Assembly: GCA_013265495.1 (NCBI GenBank)
Contig: MU058584.1
Span: 3,974,508-4,038,507 of the forward strand
DNA: 64,000 bases
Reading direction: 5' to 3'
From: Vicugna vicugna
Lineage: Eukaryota
Below are positions 52,900 to 64,000 of the stretch, piece after piece. The notes under the pieces are model-generated. The model saw only the letters and a list, made by a program, of their open reading frames with translations, made no database searches and was not told where the DNA came from. Every line of letters starts with the position of its first letter. Within the stretch, counting starts at the first letter, position 1. Both the position numbers and the translations under genes were made by a program.

Positions 52900-53215
52900 A
52901 CTCTCTATTTCTTCTTCCTCCTAGCCCTCTGAATTTGCCTATTCTAGATACTTTATATTAAAGTGGAATCATATAATATTCGTCCTTTTTGTGTCTGACT
53001 TATTTCACTTAGCATGTTTTCAAGTTCATCTGTGTTGTACAATGTATAGCTGAATAATATTCCGTTGTCTGTTTGTACTACATTTTGTTTATCCATTCAT
53101 CTGTTGATGGACACTTGAGTTATGTCTACCATTCAGCCATTGTGAATTAATGCTGCAGTGAACATTGGTCCCCAGTTCTTTGGCTTATATCCAACTAGTA
53201 GTGAAATTGCTGGGT
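52900..53215 (-). mobile_element. L1MB-like 3' fragment
   Basis: tttgcctattctagata...ggaatcatataatat...tttatccattcatctgttgatggacacttg. Confidence 0.8.
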
Positions 53216-53676
53216 AAAACAACAGTAATTATCTTACAGCTCTGGAAGTCAGAGGTCCTAAAGTTAGGGTTTGGAAGGGCTGTGTTCCTTCTGGGGGCTG
53301 TGGAGAATGCATTTTCTTTCCTTTCCTAGCTTCTGTAGGTCACTTACATTTCTTGGTTTATGGTCTCTTCCGCCGTCTTCAAAGCCAGAAGTGTAGTGTC
53401 TTTTTAAATCTCTGTCTGTCTCTTTCTCTCTCTTTCTCTGACCCCTGCTTCTACCATCACATCTTCTCTGACTCTCCTGCCTCCCTGTTTCTCTTATAAA
53501 GACCACTGTGATCACACTGGGTCCATCCACCCAGATAATTGAGGATAATCCCTCCATCTCAAGAACTTTGACTTGATCCAATCTGCAAAATGCTTTTTAC
53601 CATGTAAGGTAACTATTTACAGCTTCTGGGATTAAGATGTGGACATCTTTGTGTGGCTGTTGTTCTGCCTACCACA
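53215..53676 (-). mobile_element. MLT1D-like LTR
   Basis: cttacagctctggaagtcagaggtcc...cccagataatt.aggataatc...ccatgtaaggtaac...ttctgcctaccaca. Explains ORF 53264-53581. Confidence 0.85.
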
Positions 53677-54081
53677 GTACTTTATCCTAAATTAAATCTG
53701 ATCAACTGTATTGAATATGACCATTGGAAAAGTAAAGAAGTTGTGTGAAGTTTTAGAAACATCAGTAGGAAAAACCAAAGCATTTTTAATGTGAAAAAAC
53801 TGGACAAATTTTAAAGCCTTGCTCACTTTTTAATCAAAGGGCAGGCTTCTTTGTTCAGTGTTCTTGACAAATGGTCATCTGCCCTGTGCCTGGACTCATC
53901 CACTGAGAGGGAAGTTAGTTTTTGATACATTCTGTTCTCTTGCTGTGCAACCGTTATCTATATCCTTTTGAATTCTGCCCTTAGGAGTAACACAGATTAA
54001 AATGCTTTTCCTTATCTTTCAAACAACGAAAGCTCTTCTGGAAGTCATTGCCCTATTCTAAGTCTTCTTCATGTATTTGAC

Positions 54082-54143
54082 ATTTATTATAAAGTGATTT
54101 ATTATGAAGTAATTTATTATAAAGTAAAATTTATTATAAAGTA
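54082..54143. repeat. About 15-bp AT-rich minisatellite, 4 copies
   Basis: atttattataaagtg / atttattatgaagta / atttattataaagta(aa) / atttattataaagta. Confidence 0.85.
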
Positions 54144-56499
54144 ATAATTTATACTGTAATATAGTGGCTGTCATTAAGTATTTACTAGATGTGTTAAGCA
54201 CTTGTATAGCTTATCTCATTTAATCTTTATAAAGATTTATAACAACCATATGAGGCATGATTTTTCTCTTCTCATAGATCAAGGAATTGAGGCTTAGCTG
54301 TTCAGTCACTTGGCGAATGTCACACGTATCTACAGACATATCTGCACAAGTGAGCAGAGCCACCCTCTAATCCTCTGACCTGTGCGTTTCTTTGGTTTTG
54401 TCTCCAGTGTGCAAGATACTGTACTATACTCAGTAGGATCGCTAAAGTTGAATAAAATATTTATTTGTTCTCAAGAAACTTACAAAGAAAACATGTATAA
54501 AAATATAATAGAATTTTCATAAGAAGTATTACATGAGTCCATGAGAATTCAGTAGGGAAGAAATCATTTCTAGCTGGGAGGATCTGGGAAGGTTTTGAAG
54601 AACGTAGAACTTAAACTGGACCTTGAAGCTGGTTAGGATTTACATGTGATGGTAGCTGGCGGTATATGTCCAAGACTGAAGAAACAGTAAAAGCTTAAAT
54701 GGGAGGAAGAAATCTGCACTAAAGTACTCTAATTCCTTCAGATTTTTTCCATCAGCAAAAGATTTCTTGATCCTTTCTCATTTAGCCATCCTCAGAATTA
54801 GACAGTATTACAGTTCTTCAGACTTGAGTGCAGCCACTGCCATTACTGTTGGTTATTATTATTATTGAAAATTTACTTATTAGAATTATTTTTTAAAATT
54901 AATGAAGGTGAAAATGACATCAGATTAAATTTTTAAAATACAAAATTTTTTCTAATAATATTTTACTGTTTTGAAATATTAAAACATTTGATTTTAAAGC
55001 AATTGACTAACCTTATAACCAATGAGGACTCAGTTTTAGGAGGACTCGATTTTAACCTGTTGATTCACTGAGTTTGTGGTCCATTAACTGAAAATCTTTT
55101 TTTACCTGAATTATCGTAGAGCAAAGGCTCCCTATCCTGTTCTTGTTCAATTGATTTTTCATTCAGATTATTATTTTTCCTAGGATAATATCAAATCTTT
55201 TTGGCAACTGTAAAGGCCAGAGAAATTTATTAATGTAACCTAGTATACATTTATGAAATGGCATTCCAAAAATATTGTCAGAAGTTCTTAGCAACCAGTG
55301 ATGTATTCGTTCTTGGGACTTCCTAGTGCCACGGCTGATGTTAGGAAGTAATGTTCGTAATCACATGATCAGACATCATTTTCTCCTAGGTGAAAACAAA
55401 GGATCCTGAAAGACCAGGCCACCAGTTAGTATGTCTGCTGTTCTTCTTAATAATTGAAGAATCTTGATGTCTTGAACCAGTGCTAGTTTTGGAAAACATT
55501 TCCAGATAAAATACCAGTGTTTTCAGATGAAGCCTTAGAAATTCACTGAGGAACAGGCCTCACATAAAGTTCTCATTGAAACAGCGTGGAGCAGCTGCAG
55601 GTTTCAGACTCCACAGAGCTATTTTCCTTTTGAACTTATGTGTATCCAAGGACTATTGATTATATTCTTACTGTTTTTATTATCATTACTATTATTTTAA
55701 ATTTCGTGCATGTTGTACCTTGTGGACTGCATTCTGCACTGGCCAAAGTGCTCTTATAAGCCTCACAGAGGAAATACTGATACTGATTTTTCTTTGCCTC
55801 CCTTTGTAGTGATGTTTTAAATAGTGGGTGGTTCCACGGGTCATTGAAAAGGGCCAGAGCACTTCTAGAGTCCCTCAGGAGCACGATGGAGGATTTATTG
55901 CTCTGTTCTTGGTGGTCTAGAAGCAAAAAAGGATACACCTGTAGGAAAGATGGATCTTCTCTAGTGTTTGGTTTGATAAATGCAGTTTAAGTACATGGCT
56001 TCTGAGAGATTCTGACCACTACATTTTGAGTACTGGCCCTGGCCCTGCCCTTTGGTGCACATGGGGAATTTGTTGCTGTTGTTGTTTGGGTTTATGGGGC
56101 TGAGGGCCATAATTACTGAACCTGTGAGAATACTAAGTGACATTTGAATTAAGGTTAAACTTTTGTTAAATGAGTGAATGGTCAATTGACCTTTTCACCA
56201 AGTGATAACCTAATAAGAAAAATTAGAATATTAAAGGTAATGTCCATTTTGTTTGTATTCATTACCAATAGAATTTGGACTAGTTATAAGAGCATTTGTT
56301 TCTAAAAGGCTGCTTTAGATACAGATTATGAGATTGTCTATAATTTTCTTCCTTACCAGGCAATTTAGTATCCTGTCATGTCACTTTTTTGTGTTTTTTT
56401 CTAACAAGTATAAAATATTTTTCCATCCATGTTATACTTTACATCTTGCTTGAAGCAAAAAAAAAAAAAAAACTAGACTCCATTACTCTTTAAATTAGA

Positions 56500-57420
56500 T
56501 CCATTATATAGCATTCTGGCTTAGAGCAGTGACAGTGGAAGCCAGGGGTCAGATTTAATGAGCATTTGTAGGAGGAAGAGAAGAGATTGAGAGGGAGTGA
56601 AAAAGGGTAAAAAGGAAAGGGAGTTATCAAAAATGAATACCTGTATTTGGCTTGGGACCAGGATAGATGTATCGCCGTTATCAGAGTAGGGACTGCCTGA
56701 GCCCAGAGTAGACTTGACAGGTGATACTTTTAGTTCTGAAGATGTTGCATTTGGGTGCCTTGTGGTACTTGCAGGTGAAGAAGTGAGCAGTTGAAGATAG
56801 AGTTATGTTCCTAAGGAAAGAAATCTGGCTGCTTAAATAGGTATGGAAGTACTCAGCAGGGAAATACTGCTGGGAAGAGAGTGGAAAAGCCAAAAAGAGG
56901 ACCAAGGGCAAAGCTCTTCTACAACATGAAAAGGGCGGACAGAGGAGCCATGAAGTAGCCCTGCAGTATCCAGTAGGCTGGCCAGAGGCTGCACATGGCT
57001 GGTTAAAATGAAATTAAGTTAAAAATTTAGTCATGTTAGACACACTTCTGTTGCTCAGTAGGCACATGTGGTTAGTGGCTACTGCATTGGATAGCACATA
57101 TATAAAACATTTCCATCTTCATAGAAATTTCCATTGGACAGTTCTTAAGTAAACTAAGACCGAGCAACCATGGAGATCAAAAGTGAACCAGACAGCAGAG
57201 TTCATGGAGTTTGTGTTCAACGTAATCAAGTCCTGCAGAGAGGTGGAGACATAGGAAGCTCCAAATGAGACCTTTGGATTTGACAGTTTGTAGTTTCTAG
57301 GGACTTTTTAAAAGATTTAGGTAAGTGGTAGAGAGAGAGAAGTTGCTGTGGATAGAGAAGTAAATAGCTGAGGCAGGGGGAGGATAAATGTAGGCAGCTC
57401 TTTTAATGGGCACTCCATGA
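56500..57420 (-). mobile_element. L2 remnant
   Basis: ttagttctgaagatgttgcatttgggtgcct, gaaatctggct, aatcaagtcctgcagagagg, ctttggatttgaca. Confidence 0.6.
56962..57146. mobile_element. MER3-type MITE inserted in an L2
   Basis: gctcagtaggcacatgtggttagtggctactgcattggatagcaca...acatttccatc...ttggacag. Confidence 0.8.
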
Positions 57421-57424
57421 AAGG

Positions 57425-57630
57425 CATGGAGCTCAGGCCCCAGAACCAAGCCATCTGGATTCAGATCCTGGCTCTTTCACTAGTTGTGTTACCTTGAGCA
57501 CATCACTTCCTTCTGTGCCTCAGTTCTCTTAGCTATAATATGGAGATAAATAGTAGTAATCCATTGTGTGGAATTGATGTGTACGTTGAAAGCAAGTAGA
57601 TGTGTGACTCATTAAGTGTTTGATAATTAT
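57425..57630 (+). mobile_element. MIR
   Basis: ctggattcagatcctggctct.tcactagttgtgttaccttgagca...tctgtgcctcagtt...tataatatggagataa. Confidence 0.75.
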
Positions 57631-58766
57631 AGATGCTCTATTAAATAAAAAGAAGGAAAGAACAGGAGAGGAGGTCAAGTCTCTTTATATGCTAAGGAGA
57701 GGAGTGGGAAAGGAGGGTTGATTCAGGAATGAAGATTCCTGATGAGGAAGGAGGTGTTAGGTTTCAGAGCACTGGTAAGGTGAAGTAGCTTAGCGGAGAA
57801 GAGTCCCTCCCCCCACCTTGTTTTTAAGGCAGAGAACTGGGAGAGTGAAAGAGTTAAGGATAAATTATATATAATGGGTATAGATAATAAGTTTTTAGGT
57901 AGGAAGGAGGGTAAGAAAGCACTGTAGTTAGGGTTATGCGCACAGGCAATTAGGAATGTCCTTGTGATACTGGGAGAATAAAACCAGGGAATAGAATGCC
58001 ATAAAGAAGTCTGGGAGTAGATAGTTCATCCAGATAAATAAACAAGGAGGATTGGTAGCAAAGGGTCGTAATTCAAGCCTGGAACCCTGACATCAGATAA
58101 AATCAGAGGATAAGGAGTTTTACTGCAGTTTTTCAGGCATTTCTTTGTGTTTCCAAAGAAGGCAGGAAACTGCCACCCTTTACCTGACTTGCGTCTTAAA
58201 AGTAAAGGCGTATAAGGAGCATCTAACTAGATTATGAGGCAGGAGAAAGATGGAACAGAGCAAATGTTTGGTAGATTTTTGTCAACAAAAACGTTACTGT
58301 GATATTAGAATCTTAGGATAAGGACTTTCTGGTTTTCTTGACCCTCAGAGTATTCTTGTTTCGTGACATGTTTTAGGTTACGTGAAAAAGACTTGGTCTC
58401 AATCACTGGCAGGTCACAAGTTGCTCATTTTTCTACAATTAAGAATAAAACTAATAAGAATCTGTTTTAGTAGAACCTTTCATCCAGAGAGACTTAACAA
58501 ACATTAACCATTTATAGAAATCTTATCATGCATCACTGATGTGCAGTCATCTACATTAAAAAAACATTTACCGTTACAATAGCAGTGGAAATTTTTAGCA
58601 GATATGTAATAATCATCCATCCCATGGATGATCTGTAATGTCAGTTCTGATTATACATCTTGTGTAGTAATGTAGAATTTTTCTATAGCCATAATTGATG
58701 CTTTTTCTGGATTTCTGTTATCCAGATTCCTTCCATTTTATGGTGACTCACTTAGAAGAAACCACC

Positions 58767-58808
58767 TGTACACACACGCGCGCGCGTGCACACACGCACA
58801 CACACACA
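58767..58808. repeat. Compound (CA)n(CG)5(CA)n alternating purine-pyrimidine tract
   Basis: tgtacacacacgcgcgcgcgtgcacacacgcacacacacaca. Confidence 0.9.
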
Positions 58809-59334
58809 AGTAGAAGTTAAGTTTTCCTTGAAGATCTTTTAGCCCTTATTTGTACTCTACCCCACGGTTGCCTGACTTTCTGTGAATTTCATTTGGAATT
58901 TGTGCTTACTTATCAAGGTAATGTAGTGACCGGCACAGATATTACTATTATTTCCTGGTTATCTGAAATTCAGCCTATTGTTAAATTTCACTTCGACTGC
59001 CTTGAATTTACTGACAAATAGAAATCTGTGTAATACATACCTTTTTTTCTTTATTGTATAAGTTTAATTGAAGCAGTAGTATATAATGTAATTTTCATTA
59101 CAGAGAGAAATATAGTAGGTATTATCCAAAATATAGGTACTTAGTGATGAAAAATAGCTTTCACAAACCCCATGTTCCAGAATCCCTCATTTAAGAAATT
59201 GTTATTCTTATTTTCTTTCCCAATTCCACGAGAGGTGACTCTCTTGTTCCTTGGTCTGTAGCAGAGTGTAAGTGGCCGATTAGACAGGTGAGGTGGCTGC
59301 TTTAGGCAGGTGGACTGATAGGGCAGTGAGATTT

Positions 59335-60050
59335 GGTTTTGTTTGTTTGTTCGTTTGTTTTTCAGTTTTAGTTTTGTTTAATTGAGGTGAAATGATGTAA
59401 CATAAAATTAATCATTAAAAGTGAACAATTCAGTGAAATTTAGTACATTCACAATGTTGTGCAACCACCACTTCTATCTAGTTTGAAATGTTTTCATCAC
59501 CCCAGAAGGAAACCTTATACCCATTAAGCAATTGCTCTCCATTTTCTCCTTCCCCCAGCCCCTGGCAACCATCAGTCTGCTCTGTCTCTATGGATTTTTA
59601 CCTATTCTGTACATTTTGTATAAATGGAATCATGGAATCATGTAGTATGTGACCTTTTGTGACTGGCTTCCTTCACTTAGCATCATGTTTTCTAGGTTCA
59701 TCTATGTTGTAGAATGTATCGGTACTTCATTCCTTTTTATGGCTGAATAGTATCCCACTGTATGGGTAGACCACAATTTGTTTATCCAGGCATCTGTTGA
59801 TGGACATTTGGGTTGTTTCTACTTTTTTGTTATTATGATGTTCTTTGGTGTATATACCTAGCAGTGGACATGATGGGTCATTAGTAATTCTATGTTTACC
59901 TTTTTGAAGAACCACCGAACTCTTCCACAGCAGCTGAACCATTTTACATTTCCATAATCAATGCACAAGGATTCCAGTTTCTCCACATCTTAGTTAATAG
60001 TTGTTATTTTCTTTTTTTTTTTCCAGTTGCAGCCCTACGAATGGATTGAA
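59335..60050 (-). mobile_element. L1MB-like 3' end
   Basis: T-rich tail, aagtgaacaattcagtg..atttagtacattcacaatgttgtgcaaccaccac. ORF 59727-59942 is a frameshifted ORF2 remnant. Confidence 0.88.
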
Positions 60051-62493
60051 TGATATACTTTTTTGAATAATATACTTTTAAAGTGGCAAATCTGCATTCA
60101 TGTTTCCTTAGGAAATAGTATTAGAAATTGAACCCTTCCCTTTTTTTCCCAACAGTGTCTTTGTACATTTCCCTCTATATTATAGTCAGAGTGTCTTATA
60201 ATAATGAGATGAGCAATGGGTAGTAATAAAATATGTTTACATTCAAACCGTTAGATTTTCACTAAACCTTGGTGGTTCAGGCCTCATTCTATAACCCTGG
60301 GTCCCCTTTAAAATGTCCTTTCTCCCTCTTAGCCACACTGGAACTCTCAAAGCACTTTGTACCTTTCTTAGAGCAAATGCTGTACTCTGCCTTGCTGTGC
60401 TTGAGGGCACTGGCAATACCTTTTTCTTGTTTGTGTTCTATCTCTCAAACTCATGCATTTAGCAAAAAAATCTGAGGCCACTCACTCTAGAAAAAAAGAT
60501 TTTTTTTTTTCTTTTTCAAGTATCGTGGTTTCCTTTAGATATAACTAGATCCTGAAGAGATAATTAAAATGTAATATTACTGTGAGTTTTTATTTTAAGG
60601 CCTCAAAGAGTTGATCTGTTCAGAAAATGTTAACATTACCTCTTAAGTAAGGCTTAAATATCCTTACTTTAAAACTAGGTTGCATAGGAGTTACAATTTG
60701 AGAAAGATTATTTATAGTTAGGTTGACCCTTAAAGTCCTTCTAAAGAAAATAGACTCCAGGCTGGATGTTGAATAATAACTTGGACTTTCAGAGATAAAG
60801 ATAGTGGAAGGGATCTGCATTTGGTCCCATTGTGAGGATATCACCTTAGCCTTCTCTCTGACTCCTCCTTCCCAACCTCACCCCTCTCTTCATAACTCCA
60901 TCCTTCTTTCCCTGGTCTGTTGTGTTTTCCTCCCCCATCTATACATTTTAAAATTAACGTTCCTGGGGTGTAGATTTCCATTCTCATTTATGGAGAAATG
61001 ACAGTAGGATTAGGACAAATGAGAAGACTGTCCTCCCCCTACCAAAAATACAAAGGCACTCCTAGACAGAATTTAAACAACAGAAGTCAGTTGTTTTTAA
61101 GAGACAGATCACTTTGAAGGTTGATTGCTTTGGAGACAACATTGAAGGATAAATTGAAAGGAAGTTTATTTTAAGAAAAGTGAAATTGAACAAAAATTTA
61201 ATACTCATGGTAGAGAATTTGAAAAATATTCATTAATGTATCTATTTAAAAATTTTTTTAAACATATCTGCTATTAACATTTGATGTGTTTGATGTGTTT
61301 TGGAGACTTTTTTTTTGCCAAAAATTGTCTTTACTTAATTGAGTATTATTTTTCATGAACTATAAAATTTGATTTTGAGCCATATACAATTTTTTTAAAT
61401 TGTGAAGTAATATAGCTGAAGTAACAAGCTGTGAGGTAGAAACCACAGGTTCAAAATTCTTACAACCTCGTCATCTGCCATCTCTTTATGAGCCTGATCT
61501 TGTCGAGTATTATTGGTTAGTCACTTAGTTAATATTCTTCATTAAGTCAGTGTTGAGTTGCACTCCTTGGTCGCTTGATGGTAGAGTAGAAAGAGAAATG
61601 GTAAGAGAGTCAGGACGGTGTAGATTTCAGTCTGGGCTCAATTACTGTCCAGCTCCGTTATTTCAGTGGAAGTGGTTCTGTATATTTTTTTGTTTTTCTC
61701 ATTTGTAAATCAAGGAGGCTTATTAATTCCTTTTAATAGTCCCTTTCAGTTTTGCCTTTTCCAAAATGTCATGTAAATGGAACATACAGATTAGCCTTTC
61801 AGTCTAGTTTCTTTCACTTAGCACAGTATGTTTGAGATTCCTAAGTATTGTTGTCTGTATTGTAGTTCAGTTTTCTCTCTTTTCCTCCTTCCTCTAAAAT
61901 GCTGAAGAAGTATCAGATGTGTTGCAGTAGTAAATAGAAGCTGTAGATCACTGCTTTTGGATTAGAGAGCTAGGAAACACAAAGGAAAGTAGCATTTGAG
62001 CTGGGCACTGAAAGGGGTTTAAAAGCCTGAAATGTGTGCAGATCTGGGACACATGAATTGTTTGTTGAGAGAGAAAACCTTTGCATATTTCATCTTTGAC
62101 TGTTGGCTATGAAGGAAGAAACAACTTCCTGGGAGATGAGGACTTGCCAGTTCTTAAACTCCATGTAAATTTCAGCCATCTCTCAGCTGGGCCTTCATGG
62201 TAACTGGAGTTCTTGGATTTACCTCTAATGATTCCCTGTCACATTCTTCATTATATATTCCCAAACCTTTTCTCTTGTCCAGACTTTTTTCTATCTTACT
62301 TGTTTTGCTGTTTTTGTTATCAAAAATGACTATCTTTTGATTACTGAGAAAGTTGCAGCTATCTGATTTGAGTCCCACCACCTCCTTCTTCATCACTTTA
62401 CTTTTTTTCTGTTTTCACTACCTTCTCCTTTTCTTTTGCGTCTAAGAAAGAAATACCCTTCTTTTGTACTACTGTAATCCTCTACTTCTCACT

Positions 62494-62581
62494 TTTTTTT
62501 AAATGGAGGTCCTGGGGATTGAACCCAAGACCTTATGCATGGCAAGCCTGTGTTCTACCACTGATCTATACGCATCCCACC
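62494..62581 (-). mobile_element. tRNA-Ala-derived SINE (camelid Vic-1-like)
   Basis: Reverse complement of the same SINE head with a T tract. 12-bp TSD CTACTTCTCACT at 62482-62493 and 62582-62593. Confidence 0.88.
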
Positions 62582-62919
62582 CTACTTCTCACTCTTAAAT
62601 CTGTCTCTTCTCATATCCTTCAGGTACCTGCCCCATCTTTTAACCACCTCTTGTTCTTACATCTTCAGTGTATCTTTTCCTGTAGAATCTTTCCTCTCAA
62701 TCTTTCAGTAGACTTAGGTTTTATCAGCCTATAAACCATTCCTTGCACCCCGTCTACCCCTTTGAACTACCATTCGCTCTCGCTCCCACCACTGCTGAAC
62801 TTACTGAAATAGACTGGCCTCACTCACCACCTTGGCTTCATTACCACCTGCTTTTCTCTTTGCTTCTTGCTATCTGTATATATCCCTAAAATTTTATTGG
62901 AACTTTTTTTGTCATTGTT

Positions 62920-64000
62920 GATTTTTTTCTTTTAATATAAAGGCAGTAGTAGTAAAAACTTGTACGTAAACATGTGTGTATGGTTTAAGCACTTATATGT
63001 CTACCACTCTGGCCAGAAAATAGTTACCATGTCCCAGAAGGCCACGGTAGATTCACTCTGATCATATTTCATTCTTCTACCGCAAAGGTAACCATCATCC
63101 TGAATTTAGTGCTGATGGTCACACTGCTTTTCTTTCACTTTTTTTCATCTATATATATATTAGCCTCAAATAATACATTACTTAGATTTACCTGTTTCCA
63201 TTATATAAATTGAATCATCCTATGTATATATTCTGTGACTGGTTTCTTTTGCTCAACATTATGTTTTTGAGATTCATCCAAGTTAGCACATATATCTATA
63301 ATTCATTTTCACTGGATATAGAATCTCATTATATGAATGTATCATAGTATTTCTATGCATTCTATTATTGATGGACATTTTGGTTATTTTTAGGCTTTTG
63401 CTGTTACAAACATTACTGTTATAAATAATTTTGTACTTATCTCTTGATGCATATGTGTGAAAAAGTCTCTAGAGTCTACTTAATAGTGTAACTTCTGAGC
63501 TTGTTCCAGTGTCACTCAGTACCACCAGCCAGCTTTCCAGAGCTTTAGTACTGGTTTATACTGCTACCAACAACAGATGAGAATTTCACAGTCTAGCCAA
63601 ATCTTGACATTAACCAACTTTGTAATTTTAGCCAATCTAATGGGCATAAAATGGTATTTCATTGGAATTTTAATTGGTATTTCTCTAGTTTCCAAGGCAA
63701 TTGAACGTCTTTTCTTGTGTTTGTGGGCCATTTATGTTTCTTCTTTTGTGAAATTCCTATTCATTTCTTTTGCCTGTTGTTTTTTTTTTTCTATAGGTTT
63801 TTTTTAATAGGAATTCTTTATGTGTTCTGAATGTTAACTCTTTGTTGTTTGTATGTACTGCAGATACTTTCTCCCTTTCATACATTTTATATAGTCATTT
63901 GATGAACAAAGCTTTTAATTTTAAAATATTTAATTGTATGTCTTTTCAATTTTGGGGTCATGATAAGGAAGTCCTTCCTTTTCCCAAGGCTATGATGGCA
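62920..64000 (-). mobile_element. Old L1 (L1ME-like), runs off the window end
   Basis: ggtaaccatcatcctgaattt, gctcaacattatgtttttgagattcatcca, ggccatttatgtttcttcttttgtgaa, gatgaacaaagctttta. Confidence 0.82.

Noticed and set aside
53264..53581. 105-aa ORF
   Set aside because: Lies inside an MLT1 LTR.
54082..54143. Short repeated units suggesting a CRISPR-like array
   Set aside because: Head-to-tail minisatellite without spacers, in a mammalian intron.
35420..62581. Inverted SINE pair flanking exon 2, suggesting back-splicing or editing
   Set aside because: Only about 80 bp of diverged homology 27 kb apart around a 66-nt exon, so pairing is implausible.
48924..64000. Search for POU2F1 exon 3 (expected GTQTNGLDFQKQ...)
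   Set aside because: Not seen; it presumably lies beyond the window.

Overview
Mammalian, AT-rich intronic DNA. It is most likely from a camelid, judged by three copies of a tRNA-Ala-derived SINE. The window covers the 3' part of the long first intron of POU2F1 (Oct-1, + strand), exon 2 and the start of intron 2. Three exons are supportable. (i) A 101-nt frame-shifting cassette exon (29186-29286). (ii) The coding part of the alternative lymphoid-type first exon (Oct-1L, MLDCSDYVL, 45578-45605), set in an octamer-rich promoter. (iii) Constitutive exon 2 (48858-48923, DSRMNNPSEPSKPSMESGDGNT). The ubiquitous first exon and exon 3 were not found in the window. The rest is interspersed repeats (L1, L2, MIR, MLT1 LTRs, MER DNA transposons) and repeat-poor blocks that look regulatory. 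Almost all ORF-track entries are spurious or repeat-derived. I found no convincing wholly new system. The most interesting signals are the translational logic of the 101-nt exon (an AUGA stop/start overlap plus a stop created at the splice junction), autoregulatory octamer sites, candidate unannotated exons, a candidate recursive splice site and a tailless L1 insertion with a perfect TSD. Gene, isoform and repeat names come from recalled sequences, not from a search. Repeat boundaries without TSDs are approximate.
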